Assembly (NCBI RefSeq): GCF_009914755.1
Contig: NC_060929.1
Direction: 5' to 3' (one strand)
DNA length: 64,000 nt
Source of the DNA: the human T2T-CHM13v2.0 reference genome, Homo sapiens
The translations under genes were made by a program, and so were the position numbers. Numbering within the stretch: the first letter of the stretch is position 1; the number at the start of each line of letters is the position of its first letter. The notes under the pieces are model-generated. The model saw only the letters and a program-made list of their open reading frames with translations. It was not told the DNA's origin and did not search any database. Below, piece after piece: positions 14,690 through 30,459 of this stretch.

Positions 14690-15282
14690 TTTTTTTGAGA
14701 CAGAGATTTGCTCTGTCACCCAGACTTGAGTGCAGTGGTACAATCAAAGCTCACTGCAGCCTTGACCTCCTGGGCTCAAGCAATCCTCCTGCCTCAGCCT
14801 CTAAGTAGCTGAGACAATAGGCATCCACCACCATGCTGGCTATTTTTCTTTTATTTATTGAGACAGAGTCTCACTCTTTGACTCTGGCTAGAGTGTGGCA
14901 GCATGATCATGGCTCACTGCAGTCTCAAACTCCTGGGGTCAGGCAATCCTCCTGCCTTAGCCTCCCAAGTAGGTGGTGCTATAGGTGCATGCTACCATGC
15001 CCAGCTAATTTTTTTAAACTTATTTTTAGGGACAGGGTCTCACCATGTTGCCCAGGCTGCTCTCAAACTCCGAGGCTCGAGGGATTCTCCTGTCTTGGCC
15101 TCCCAGAAAAAAAAAAAAAAAAAAAAAAAGCTCACCTAGCCTTGGTGAGCTTTTTATTTTTTGTAGAGATGGGGGTCTCACTATATTGCCTAGGCTGGTC
15201 TTGAACTCATGGGCTCAATAGATATTCCCACCTTGGCCTCCCCAAGTGCTAGGATTAAAGGCATTAGCCACTGAGCCCCGCC
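14690..15282 (-). mobile_element. Nested/compound AluJ cluster
   Basis: Right arm ~14690-14845, a second near-complete AluJ ~14850-15105, A-run and hairpin, then left arm ~15151-15282. Confidence 0.88.
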
Positions 15283-17309
15283 TTAAATAATTTTTGTTCG
15301 GGTTTTTTGTTTGTTTGTTTGTTTTTGTTTTTATATTTGGTCTAACTCATAGAATCTTTGGAGAAGTATGGTTTGAGCAATTTGGTAGGGGGAATTAAAT
15401 TGTAAAGTAAGGCAAGATGCAAGCTATATCTATATAAATGCCCAATATTTGGGTAAAAAGTAAAGAATTTAGAATTAATAAGATTTTTCCAAATAGATGT
15501 ATTCAACATCATGTAATTTAAATATTCAGATCTATGACCACTTTCTCTTCTTTTCCTCCAGATATTTGGCATACATAACAATGGTGATGATTTCAAATAC
15601 CAGGCACTGTATTTCATAAATATGTGTTTAATTGAAATAAATTTTGCTTATGAATGTGGAGAAAATTTTTTTGGTCCAAACAAAATTAATAGTGTTATTT
15701 TTGAGAAAAAAACAAATTAAAAATAATTTCCATAAAGGTAATAGTCATCTTACTGTATCTATAAACTCATTATGAAAATTCTGAAAATGTAATGGCTTTG
15801 AAATCAGGGGAAGGAGAGGCCCTGCTCATTTCAAGGTGTTATTCTCCAACGAGTGACTAACAGGGAAGGTATGTGACTCTTGGGGCATCCCTGCAGGTAC
15901 AGTGAATGAGCAAATTCGTAGCAGCATTATGACATCACCAGGGAGCGTGACTTGGGTCAAGAGCTTGGCAGGAGGCTTTGGGAACAGTAGAATCAACAGC
16001 AATCAAGACTGGCAAGCCAACATACTGGCCACCATAAAACTGAAAAGAGAGCTTATTGTACCTCACGCACAGCAGCAGGTTTAACAGAAAAGTAGACATG
16101 TTTATAGTCCCAGATTTACAGCACACCTTATAAACACCTTATTACTTAGAATCCAGTCTGCTGTCCCAGAAACTAAGAATGTGACTTTGTTAAGCAGTAG
16201 GATTTGTTGACATAAATGTCTTGACTAAGTTTGCCATTGTGGTTAACCAAAACGCATTTACTCCTGGGAAAGTAAACACAAGCAAACAAAATGCCTCTTA
16301 TACTACAATACGGTAAGTTTCAAATTGACCAAACTTAATGCTATGACATAAATATGCTTAATGTTTATGGAATTTTTTAGAAACCTTTTGCCATGTTAGG
16401 CTTACCATCCTGTATAAGTCTTACTGAATGGGAATGTGTTTTCAGAATTACATGTACTTAAAGACTTCATCAGAAATATTCAGACAACCTGCCATGAATA
16501 CCAGGGCTGACCACGCAGCAGATAAAATGGGTCATGGTCTCCTCAGACATTAACGTGGATAAATCAGTTCTGCACCATGTAATAGCTACACATCGAAATG
16601 CTTACCAACAATTAAAATTAGAGAACTAATGGAAAATAATGTTGAATAAATATTATAAAACCACATGAAAATATGTTCAAGAACGGCAAAGTACCTGGAT
16701 GAAACTCACAAAGTTGAGAAAATTTCTAGGGAATAATGAAAATTCAGACTGATTTTCTGATGCTTAAAACTTCATCCATTTAACAGTGGATACAATCCCT
16801 TGTTTTCGGGTAGATTTTTGAAATTACAGACTTACAGGACCATTGGTGTGTAACCAAATAAACTCAGCAGCTTTCCTATCCTTTCAGCCTTCTAGTTAGC
16901 CCTCACCAAATCTCAAAAATTCTATAGTAGGAAAGTTCTTTATGGTCAGATATAAATGGACAGCTATGATTACATATTCTGGATCTAAAATGATAAATTC
17001 TTTCCCAACAAAATATATATCAATAAAGATCTGTGGGAAATTATTAAGCAGATGGCATGTTTGCGATTGACAGAATAAAAAGTGAACAAATATACAGATA
17101 TTGATTTGCCAAATCCAACAAACCAGATTCTAGAAATGACAAGAGACCTAGAAATCTTTCTAATAGAACCATGTGACTTTAAAAGCCATGGCAAAGGAAA
17201 ATGACCACATGAAGTCATTAAAACAATTTTAAAAGTTTGTAATATGGGAGATTTGGTTCTGCAGTAGCATATTCAAGGATGATATTGGGGATTTAGTTGG
17301 CTAAGCTCC

Positions 17310-17810
17310 GACAAGTTTTCCCCAAATCAAATTCAATTATAGGCCAAATTAACAGGGGTAGAATGTTCAAAGTGAAAGAGTTGATGATTACAGTCAACAT
17401 AGGGATTACTTTTTACAGTTCTAGGCACACAAATTAAAACTGACATTGACAAAGTGAAGCAAGTTCAAAGGAAAGAAATTAGAATAAAGAGATTAGGCCC
17501 ACATATTCTCACACTGTGATAAAGTTGAAAAAATCAGGGGATATTTAGTTTGTAAAAAAACTATAAGTTTGTGGAGGAATATGATCATTGACCCCAATAC
17601 TTAGATGGAATAGAGCACAGTCTAGTTCTGTTCTAGTAACAATAAATAGAGGTTACAAGGAGACCATTAAAATATAAGAATGATTTTCCAAATAGACAGT
17701 TAAAGCTGTCCCAAATTAAGATGGCCTTTCTTGGGAGGATAGGCACCACTGAAAATATTGAAAGACTGAACAATCCAGTGGTGATTACTATAGAAGGGAC
17801 TGAAGCACTG
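17310..17810 (+). mobile_element. L3/CR1 LINE 3' remnant
   Basis: GACATTGACAAAGTGAAGCAAGTTCAAAGG...GGGGATATTTAGTTTG resembles the CR1 RT C-terminal region. Confidence 0.5.
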
Positions 17811-18559
17811 GAAAGGGGGAGTATATAGGGTAGTTTTCAAATGGTTCAGTGGATCCTTAATATCTGCAAAAAAACCCAGGAGACTGTGTAATATGTTAGA
17901 GTTTCACCTCTCCAGCCATAGTAGTTTTTATTAATTTTATTTTATATACGGTGTTCCACTGATGATTTCATTTTACAAAGGCATGTGCTGTTTAAAAATC
18001 TTGCAAATCTTTAGAGAAGATGATTTCTGAAGTCAATTCTGGTGTTATTCTATGATTCAGATCTGGCAGAATTCCATCTTTATGGTGTGAGTAGCTCTGT
18101 TTAATAAAATTCTGGTGCTCAGAAGCCTCAGAGAACCACATGTGAAGGAACAGCAGTAAACATGATGGTTACTACCAAGCCTGTGACTTGGGCAGGGGAA
18201 AAATTGATATGCAGAAAGATAGGAAAGGCAACATTTAAACCAAAAGAAAAAAAAATCCCCACAGCCTCAAGATGTAAGACATTGGAGTGTTTTCCAGGAG
18301 TGAATGTTGTTCACAGCATTGTAAAAGAGAAAATACCCCCGGCCTCCAAAGGTCTTCTAAGTGCTGATACTACTCAAATCAGATTTTATTTTCAGTGGAG
18401 CATTAATTTTATGAGTTACTTGCCGAAAACCTGAGCCTCTTAGGACAGGGAAGAAGGCTGATTTCATTTCTGAGCATTTTAAGACCTCTGGCATAATTCC
18501 AGACAAGGAGTGCATCCTTCTTTGGTCATCCTCTTCCATAGAAAGGGAGTTGATAATTT

Positions 18560-18780
18560 AGAAGTATTTTCCCAGACATGATCTCATTTTGTCTCTCAAC
18601 AATGACCTGAGGGACACAAGGACATATAATACATTTTTATCCTCATTTCCCACATGATAGAATTAAAAATCAGAAACATTAAGTGACCAGCCCAAATCAT
18701 ACTGCTACTAAGTAGAGGGGTCAGGATGAAATCTGCATCTTTTTCCCAAGTCTAAGACTCTTCTGCAGTATCCTCAGCAC
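18560..18780 (-). mobile_element. MIR
   Basis: ATCCTCATTTCCCACATGATAGAATT...TTAAGTGACCAGCCCAAATCATACTGCTACTAAGTAGAG resembles the MIR core. Confidence 0.65.
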
Positions 18781-19464
18781 ATGATTTCTTCAACTTAAGA
18801 GCTCCGATAAGGCTCAGGGTTTCCTTAAACATTGTGTTCCTTTTTATAATTTGTTTGTGTTTGACATACAACTAACTGCTATTTGACATAGCCTTGGGCT
18901 TGAATATATATGTGGACAAAAAAAAACCCACTTGGATTCAAATAGTAACATCTCTATTAAAAATCAACAGTCCTCTAGAAATAAATAGCTCTATTAAAAA
19001 AAAACCTTAATTCAGTGACTCAGCAAATTGTACTGTGATAGCTTTTAGTAATTATTTTTTATTTTTGTTTTTGTTTTTTTAAGCATCTATGGTAAGAGAA
19101 GTATGCAGGAAAACATCAGGCTTTGCATGCCCTTTAATTTTCATTACCTCTTCTACTTCTTGAGAATGTCTGGCCTCTGCCAGCCTGCTGAATGTCTGGC
19201 AGGTGAGCTAGTCTTGGCAAAGCACTTGGGGTTTTATCAGCTGAAAAACAAGTGTAAAGGGTCCAGTTGGAAGCTAGATTCCCCCCAAGTGGTGCCCTTA
19301 AAGTGGATCAATTTTTCTTCACTTTTTAGTCAAGAATTTTTTTTGGTTTAAATGTTGACTTTCCTATCTCTCTGCATATCAAACTCTGGTTTGAGTCTTC
19401 AAAGTTCAGACTGCCAGGTTCTTGGGTGCAAGAATTCCTTATAAAAAAACAAATTCCAGAATGG

Positions 19465-22400
19465 CAGTAAATAGGAGAATTTAATCCATTTATATTCAAG
19501 GTAATTACTGACAAATAAAGACTTAATACTGGCATTTTGTTAATTGTTTTCTGGCTGTTTTTCAGATCCTTTGCTCCTTCCTATCTTTCTGTCTTCCTTT
19601 GTGATATGATGATTTTCTGTCATGGTATCTTTTGAATCCTTTCTGGTTTTTTTTGTGTATCCACTATAGGTTTTTACTTTGTAATTACCGTGAGGCTTAC
19701 ATAAAACATCTTGGCTTATAATAGTCTATTTTAAGTTGATAATAGCTTAACTTCAATAATGTATAAAACTCTACACTTTTACTCTCCTTTATATTTTTGA
19801 TGTCACAATTTATATCCTCTCATTTCTGTATCTACAAACGAATGATTGTAGCTGTACTTACTTTTAATATTCTTTGTTTTTTAACCTTTATACTAGAGTT
19901 ATAAATAATTTAGAAATCATCATTACAGCACAAGTTGTGCATTCCGAATCTAAACATCTGAATTCCAAAATGCTCAAACTCCAAAACTTTTGAGCACCAA
20001 TTTGACCCCAGAAGTGGAAAATTCCACACCTGACCTCATGTAATGTGTCATAATCAAACTGCAGCATAATCAAACTACAGGTGCACAACACAGTTTATTT
20101 AGGGTCCCCAAGGCAGTTAACCTTTTAATCAAAACAAGCATTGTAGTGGAGAAAAAAGGCTTCTGTTGTTTGTTATTGCTATGTTGAACAGCTGATGTAG
20201 ATATTCTGGTGATTATATTCTGTAGATATTCTGTGCTGCTTAGCTACCCAGAACACACTATTATTTTTTTTACTATATTAATGGTATGTCATGTTTTTTA
20301 CTGTTAGGTACTGATGTGTGAATAAACATAAGAAAATGATTGCTTATAGGTAGCATATAAATTCAGAGTCAGGAATGATGATGATGACAAACAACCACAG
20401 ATTCTCTACATGGGTGGCTGAGGTAGTGACATCTTTACTTTCTGATTGGTTCAACGTATACAAGCTTTGTTTCATGCACAAAATTATTTAAAACGTTGCA
20501 TAAAATTATCTATAGGCTACATGTAAAGATATATGTGAAACAAATGAATTTTGTGTTTAGACTTGGGTCCTATCCCTAAGATATCTCATTCTGTATATAC
20601 AAGTATTCCAAAATCTGAAATCTTAAACACTTTGATCCCAAGCATTTTGGATAAGGGATACTCAACCTGTATTAGAATATTCTAAATTTGACTATATACT
20701 TACTTTTACCAGTGAGTTGTATACTCTCATATTTTAATTAGTATCCTTTTATTTCAGCTTGAAAATCTCCCTTTAGCATTTCTTGTTAGGTTTAGTGGTG
20801 ATGAACTCTCTCAGCTTTGTCTAGGAAAGTCTTTTTCTTTCTTTCGTTTTTATAAAACAGATTTGCTGGTTAAAGTTTTCTTAGTTGACAGTTCATTTAT
20901 TTATTTATTTTTTCTTTCAGCACTTAGGCTATATCATCTCACACCCTCCAGGCTTGCAAAGTTTCTACTGAGAAATCTGGTCATAGTCTTATGGTGGTTC
21001 TCTTATATGTGAGAAACCTCTTTTTTCTTGCTGCTTTCACAATTTTCTCTTTGTCTTTGATTTTGACTGTTTGATTATATTATGTCTTGGTGAAGTCTTT
21101 CTTGGGTTGAATCTGATTGTAGACTTTTGAACTTCATATACCTAAATGTCCATATTTCCCTCCAGATTTAGAAAGTTTTCAGCCATTGTTTCTTTAAATA
21201 AGCTTGTGCTCCTTTTTCTCTCTCCCTTCCTTCTGGTATATTATAATGCAAATATTAGCTCTCCTGATAACACCATCAATAAATCCCATAGATATTCTTC
21301 ATTCCTTTTCATTCTTTTTTCTCCCCTGATTGGATATTTTCAAATGATCTTTCTTTAATTTCATAGATTTTCTTCTGCTTTATGAAGTCTGCTGTTGACA
21401 TACTCTATTGCCTTCTTTAATTCATTCATTGTATTCTTAGCTTCAGAATTTTTTAAAAAAATAATTTTTCTTTATTGAACTTATAATTTTGTTCACGGTT
21501 TGTTTTTCAGATTTCATTGAGTTGCCTATCTGTGTTCTCCTGCTGTTTGTTGATCTTCCTCAAAATTGTTATTTTAAATTATTTGTCAGGCAATTCATAG
21601 TTGTTCATTTATTTGGGGTTGGTTACTAGCATAGTATTGTGCTCCCTTGTTGGTTTCATGTTTACTTGATTTTTTTAAGTGTGTTCCTTGAAGTTTTGCA
21701 TTGTTGTCTTTGATTTGAAGAAACAGTCACCTCCTTCAGTCTTTACTGACTATCTTCAGGAGAGAAATTTTTTCACCGAAAAGCATGGCTAGTGATTCTG
21801 AGGCTCTCTCTGAACTTTTCTGTGGCTGCATCTGCTCCACATCTCTTGTTCCCTCTAATATGCACATTCTTGAGATATTTTTGCCTTCTTTCAATCCTGC
21901 AAAGCCAGGCTGGGTGCTAAGAGCCTCCTGCTTGTTTTCCCTATGGCAGTGCTCTGAAATGTTCAAGTTTGAGTGCCTTCTCCTAATCTGCAGAGTCCAG
22001 ATGGCTGTCTGCACAAGATGCTTGAATTGCTATCTGTGAAGGTGTGCTGGGGAGCTAGCCTGGTGTGGATGGTGAGCCACGGGGTGTTTAGAGTGTCTGT
22101 GGACCAGTTGGGAGGTGTTTAAAAGTCAAAAATTCCCAAGTGGCTCATGGGAAGGCTTCCTGATAAAGTCTGCAGAGTGATTAGTAGAATCTGTGACCTC
22201 TTCTCCCTGCTCCTGGTGTCTTCCAACCACTCGGTTGTGCCAATCACCTCAGTGTTCTGGGTGGGATGATAGTGGGCCTCTTGGACAGCATCCTGTGTAG
22301 CTAGGGGAGCAGGACACTAACTCAGTATGCTCTTATTTTCCTGTTGGAGAAATTGTGTGCTGAGGATGGTGTCTTTCAGCACTGAACTCTGCTGCCTTGG

Positions 22401-22612
22401 GGGAGGAGTGACATGGGTAAAGTAAAACTCTTCTTCTTATACTCCTCAGTGTGACTATTCTCAGATTTTTTTCTCTAATGGTGTTCTGGAACTTCTTCAC
22501 TGTATTCCCTGACTCCCACAAATGTACACTCATCTGTGGTAGTTGTCAAAATCAATGCTTCCATGGGGGATGATGGTAGAAAGCTCCTATGCTGCCATCT
22601 TTCTGATATCAC
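19465..22612 (-). mobile_element. Old L1M 5' half (5' UTR, ORF1, start of ORF2), split by Tigger4
   Basis: ORF 19326-19535(-) contains LSVITLNINGLNSPI (L1 endonuclease N-terminus); 5' terminus antisense GCTGCCATCTTTCTGATATCAC. Confidence 0.82.
19931..20669. mobile_element. Tigger4/MER46 (Zombi) Tc1-mariner internal-deletion derivative
   Basis: TIRs CAAGTTGTGCATTCC...GGGATACTCAACCTG followed by TA. Confidence 0.85.
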
Positions 22613-22939
22613 TCCTCATTTCCAGCTCTTCATGTTCCTTCTTATATTTTTTCTCTGAGCTCTGCTTGTCAGTCTTGTTCCCTGCACTCCAATGTATCCT
22701 GAGGGTATATTTCTGTTCTTCACCTTTGTAGTTAGTTTCACAAAAGCAAGAACCCAGATGGATCCTAGAGTTAGTAGTAGAGTCAAAAGTCAAAGTGTGG
22801 TACTTGAAGATGAGTTTTATGAAATATTCTGGTATAAAAGGTTCCATTTTCAACCAAACACTAAATCCCTTTTGTTAAGAATCATAGCACATATGTGATA
22901 TCCTATGATTAAGAAACGAATTGTTCTTTGTTTAACCCA

Positions 22940-23330
22940 GCAATTCTCAAAGTTAGCCATGTGCTTATCCCTTGCTTACCTTCTCACTTCTCCCCTCTGA
23001 ATTGAAGAGAGGAGTGGAAGGGAGGAGGCATCCTGGCAAGCTGCATTTTTCAGGCTTCCATGTCAACTAGCTTTCTGACACTGATGTGAGGCTCTGGTGG
23101 GAGATTGAAGGATAGAAAGCAAGAAAAAGTCAGGGTATTCTTCCTGCCCTGATCCACCCAGTGCTTCAGAGGAGTCTTCTGCAAAAGCAGTGCTTCTTCC
23201 ATAGGAAGAACAGACAGATAGATTCTCAGTGGTTCCAAGTTCTACTGGATAGCTCCAGATCCATTTTGTTCTTTTGTACTAAGAGCAGTAAGGGTTTCCT
23301 GTTACTGCTAATCTATGAGTGAGTTGTTTT
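22940..23330 (+). mobile_element. Ancient LTR33-like fragment
   Basis: GGCTCTGGTGGGAGATTGAAGG...TTCCTGTTACTGCTAATC, motifs shared with 1384-2015. Confidence 0.4.
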
Positions 23331-23866
23331 GCAAGTGGTAGGCCAGATGGTTTTCTGAAAGGATCTAGCATTTTGCATGCCAGGACTCATGAAACATGCT
23401 CACTGTCTTTGTAGCACAGCACTATTTGCATAGATGTCAGTATAGTGGGATTATTGGTTATCAGCTTCATGAAATCTGCCTCTGTATCATGCTTCTAGAT
23501 TTTCAGAGATCTATTAATCCAGATAAGTGCCTTGGCCAGTTTGTTGGTAAGCAGTATGTTCTATCCTAAGGCTTTTGAGCAACTGGGTCCTAGATCTGGA
23601 TCTGTCCCTACTGCCTGGCGAAAAGCTTTCGTATCACCACTGACACCATCTCACATTTGTGAGGTTGCCGATAAATGACCATATTCTCTACAGCGATAGA
23701 AAAATGATGGGTAGTCCATACCAGATCCTGAGCTCTGCCCCACAAGAATATCCCATTTGGAGATGAAGACAGGGCCTCTCCAAACAAGTCTGAGACAATA
23801 TATTAAGTCACTGATTCCTGGGTAGCATTGACTGCTACACCCTTTCCTGCAAAGATCAGTATCAAG

Positions 23867-24303
23867 TATGGTAGGTTAATATTGGCCCGCAAAGATATTT
23901 ATGTTCTAATCTCCAGAACCTGTGAATATGCCACCTTACATATCAAAAGGACTCTGCATATATGATTAAATTTAGGGTTTTGAGATGTGAGATTACCTTG
24001 GATTATGAGGTGGACCTAACGTAATCACAAGCGTTGTTATAGAGGGATGCAGGAGCGTCAGAGTTAGAAGAGATGTGATGACAGAAGCAAAGTTGGAATG
24101 ATGCAGGCCATGAGCCAAGGAATGCAGGCAGCCTTTAGAAGCTGGAAAAAGCCAGGAAACAGATATTCCCCTAGAGCTGTCAGAAAGAACACCGCGCTAC
24201 CACCCCACCTTATATTTCTTATCTCTAGATCTATACATATATTTTCATTTTAAGCCATTAAGTTTGTCGTAATTCATTATAGCAGTAATAGGAAACAAAT
24301 ATA
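23867..24303 (+). mobile_element. MLT1C/D MaLR LTR
   Basis: CAGAACCTGTGAATATG...GCCAAGGAATGCAGGCAGCCTTTAGAAGCTGGAAAAAG...AATAGGAAACAAATATA; TSD TCAAG/CCAAG. Confidence 0.88.
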
Positions 24304-25278
24304 CCAAGAGTCTGCAGGGAAAATACAACTTGGGTAACTGAAAATTTGGAGATTCCTTCAGCCTCTCATACAGTCTAAGTTTTTCTAAGAGGATTACATG
24401 GAGCCATTCTCCCCATCCACTTGCTTAGTTGAGGCTGGTTTGTCATTCTCAATTCAATCACACCTACTGTTCTTTGGAATAATAGTTTCTATAATAATAA
24501 TACATGCTAGGTGATTTTTTCCTCCTTCCTTACACATCAGTATACAATTTGGTGGAAGGTTAAAATTTAACATAAATTCCAAATGATTCTCCACATTATC
24601 AAACTTACATACCTTCCAAATGCAGTGCCACAGAGACTTTGAAGAGGCGCTAACATTATTAGCAATCTTCTGAATGCAAGGAACCCAACTTGAACACCAG
24701 AGGGGAATTTTTTGGAAGGTTAGCAAGTATCTCACAGAAGAGGAGCAAAGGCTTAAAAGCCAAGCCTTGGAAGGCAGGACTAGGGCAGGAATCAGAGCCA
24801 AAAATATAGTCAGAACAATCACATTAATACAATCTCAATGTCTTCCTCCCTCCAGCCTTCCTTTCTCTTTTTCTCTCTCTGATTTAGTCTTTTTCTCTTC
24901 TCAGTTTTCTCTCTCTTTTTCTGTCTCTTGCTCTGTCTCTATTTTCTCTCTCTTAACATACTGCCTTCTTTCTGAACATCAGTTTTGTGCTCCCTTCAAA
25001 AGGCAGATCTTCTATACAATCAGACACAGCAGCTAGCAATAGCTCGGGCTCTTTCAGGGTCACAGAAGGAAGAAAGTTTTCCCCAGGGAAACACACTGAT
25101 TGGTCAGGCTAGAGTCATGTGCCAAGGCTGTGAGATTGTGTAAGAAAATGGAGGATACTGTTTGGATTCCGTGTTACTTCAGTGAGAAAAGGAAAGGGGT
25201 GGTGGGGGGTGGTGGGGGCAATGTTCAAAAGAAGAATATGGAAGGCAGGCTGCAGATAAATGTCCATTTGAGGCTTTC

Positions 25279-25611
<333 letters not shown>

Positions 25612-26301
25612 TAGAGTGAACCTGTGGCTGATGACACAGAACATTTCCCCTCATATAGAAAATGTTTAAGTTTGGGCTCTCAGAAAACATCCACAATAAG
25701 ACCATAAAATTTTTAAATTAAATTGCACAGATGTTATAGAAATATTCTAGTGGTTTCTTTGTATCTGCTCAAATTTATAAACATATATGTTTGTGTATAT
25801 GTATGTATGTACAGAGACATTTGAAATTTTCATTTATAATTCTCATTTGTAAAAGAGATTTATTCAGAAATACTTAAATTCAGCACTACCAAGAAAATTG
25901 CTTGTCTAATCTTCTAAGACTTTAATGAGTTTCCTAAACATGACATAGTCAGGTAGATAAACATATTGTAGAACTAAAATTATTAATTGTTGATTTATTC
26001 ACCAATTTTATAAATGCTCCTAGATTTAAAACTTCAGCACTACCTGTTTTCTTTGACACATATTCCTGAGACAATTGGTCTTAAAATATTTTAAAATCTG
26101 TAATGGGAAGCAAATAGAGTCAGCCTATTAGGAAGTATCTCCCAGTAGAAATTTTCTGTGGACCTGGTTTAAGAAACAAATCTCATAACTATATATTATC
26201 ATTTATATTGTTGGTAAGAGTTAAAATATTTAAAAATATGTGTTACCTTGAAATATTTAAATAAACTTCCTTTAACATTGTTTATATTGTTATTTACCTA
26301 G

Positions 26302-27621
<1,320 letters not shown>

Positions 27622-29595
27622 AATAGACATTACAGAGGGATGTTTGTATCAAGTCTTTATCCAAATAATGTGATTCTATGAGGGCAGTCTTGGTCTGAAT
27701 TAACAAGCTTCCCATAATTTGATATGTCTATGAAGGCAGCGATGAAGAAACTTGCATCAAGGAAGAGCTTAAAATCAACAGCAAGATTAATGAGTGCTAC
27801 AAAGATCTAATCTTACTTTATACAGATAGGGTTATATATACAGTTCCATTCCTTGAAATTATTGAAGGCTCACTGAGCATCACAGAAATACTACTCTGGT
27901 TTGGCTGCAGAAATTCCCTCTGGCTTAGAATTGCTTGTATTTTAAGGGAATAGTCCTCTTCTTAAGCCTGGATCTAGGAAAGGGTGCTGCAGAAATGGTA
28001 GTTTTGACACACTGTGACACCTAAGGTGCTCAGTTTGAGCATGCCATGGTTTTGGCAATGATAAATGGCAAACACTTATATACAGTTACTACATGCCAAG
28101 CAGGCCTGCAAACAAATTAGACATCCCACAAGTAGTCAGCATAAGCCCAATCACTAAAATGTCTACAAAGTCAGTGATTACACGATTGGCCATTAGCTCA
28201 AAATTGTTTTTTTATATGTGAAACATAGGATAGTGAAATATCATAAGCTGTGCAGTCTGTTTGGTTCCATCATTTACTATCTGGATTCAGAAAAAATAAG
28301 CCTTTTAGAACCTCAGTTTCCTCATCTTGAAATGACAGAATATATGCCTACTCCCCTTCCCATGAATAGGGGCCAAGAAAAGTCTGAATGGGATGACCAG
28401 AACAATGGTGCTAGAGCTGAAGTTCAGGTCTTCAACAGAGACTTTGGCAGAGAGTATCAGCCTTTAGTTGGCCAGTACACTCAGAGGAGTGCAAGTCAGC
28501 ATCCCTATCAAAGATAGTTACCAAGGTGAGATATACATCTGATGATACCCCAGGGCTCATCCAAACTCTGGGAAGCTGAAACCACCAATTTAGCATTTGG
28601 TGATTTTCCTGATCACTATACTTGGGTAAGAAAACTGTAGGAATTCTAAAATTTGATATAAACATTAGAGAAAGAGATTGAATTTCTTCATTAACTCAAC
28701 ATACTTTAGGTTACAAGGAAAAGGCCTAGTGGATTTGCTAGCATGCATATTCTCTAAAACATCTTAGCTATCTAAGACGAATTTACACTAGAATGGGAGA
28801 ATTTATAAATTGGGGAAATATCCTAGAAGGCCTTTGAAAAGGAGTATTATGGTTTGGTTTGGGGTTCACATTCACTGAGTAACAACAAAAATGGCTTATT
28901 TGAATTTAGTTATTGTTTTGAAACTATTACAATACATTTAAATACAAAAATTGCTCTCCTCCATGGAAACCTGTGTGTTCCTACAATAGTTTTTAATGCA
29001 TACCAATTCTGTTCTTGGCCATTTTGTTTTTATTTGCATTCCAATTTTAATAGTGAGGACAGAGACAACTGCGTAAATAAAATAAAATTAAAAACATTTT
29101 AAACTCATAATAGCGAGTACATTTTGATAAAAAATGAAGGAGGTTAGGTACCCTGAAAAAAACTTCCCACTAAAAACAGAGTGCTCAATGAAATATTGTA
29201 CATGCCTTTTAAAATGTAAAACTCATTTATACTCACAAAGAAAGTAGAATGGAAAACTGCAGCTAATTATTTAGCTGCCTTCAGGGAATTTGACAATTTC
29301 TATGCCCAGAGTCTTGGGTATTAAAGGTGTAGGTATTAAAAGGGGTAACAAGATGTGGAATTGGACCAGATTAAAGCTGAGTTCCCTAAAGACCCTTAAC
29401 CTCAGGAAAAGTTTGCTGTATTATTCTTTATATATTTTTCATATTTAAAATATTGTATAATAAGCTCCAAAAGGCATTAAAAGAGTGGAGAACTACACTT
29501 TCGTTCTTGAGGGTCATCTAAGCTAATTCTTATTCACTTAGCTAAATATTAAAGTGAATTTTTACTTTAAAAATTTACAAAGTTTTGTTCAAAAC

Positions 29596-29885
29596 TTTTT
29601 TTTTGAGTTGGGATCTTGCTCTGTTGCCCAGGTTGAAGTGCATTGGTATGATCATAGCTCACTGCAGCCTCAAACTCCTGGGGTCAAGCAATCCAATCCT
29701 CCCACCTCAGACTCCTGAACAGCTGGGACTACAGGTATTTGCCACCACTCTGCCTGGCTACTTTTTTTAGAGATGGTGTCTTGCTATGTTGCCCAGGCTG
29801 GTCTCAAACTCCTGACCTCAACAAATGCTTCTGGCTCAGCCTCTCAAGTAGCTGGGATTACAAGTGCAAGCCACCATGCCCAGCT
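29596..29885 (-). mobile_element. AluJ (AluJo-like)
   Basis: Diverged antisense Alu dimer. Confidence 0.9.
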
Positions 29886-30459
29886 ACAACCATTTTTAAT
29901 TTAATAATGTTGACACCTAGTGGTATAATCAATACTTAGACAACTGGTTCTAAAGGATGAGAGGTATGACATGAATAAGCCCATATACTAGCTATCTAAA
30001 AGTAATTTCTATTTTTTGTTGGTTTTACAGTCTGCTTATTCAACCAAAATAAGTGGAGTACAGGGTCTTCTGAGTAATTGAATACATATAATACGTGGGT
30101 TGAAGCCATTGCCTACATACCCCAGCTTCTCCAGTTTGTACTGCTCTTCCTGGTGCTGATATTCAAGAAGATTCCTTTGGTTTTCCCTTCAATGAGATAA
30201 ACCTCACACCAGTGCAGATGGCCCATCCAGGGAGCACACAATCTCCTAAATGACTAGATTCTAGTTGTAAATGATCTTCCTTGGGTCTATCATAGATGGA
30301 GACTGGCCTTGGTAGTGAAACCACTTGGCAAGACTGGATGCATCCTTTCAGATTCAGTGTCTTGGAGCATAATCTGAAACAAGTAAAAGTGAGAATCAAA
30401 ATGTTAGCACTCCTGATGAGATGGAATATAGATTTTTTTCTTAATAAGAACAACAGCCT

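Noticed and set aside
15790-16570. Unique sequence with splice-like signals (GGAAG/GTATGT, TTTTCAG)
   Set aside because: No consistent acceptor-donor pair with a recognisable reading frame; an exon cannot be supported without transcript data.
23330-24500. Possible ancient ERVL internal sequence flanking the MLT1
   Set aside because: Resemblance too weak to call without an HMM search.
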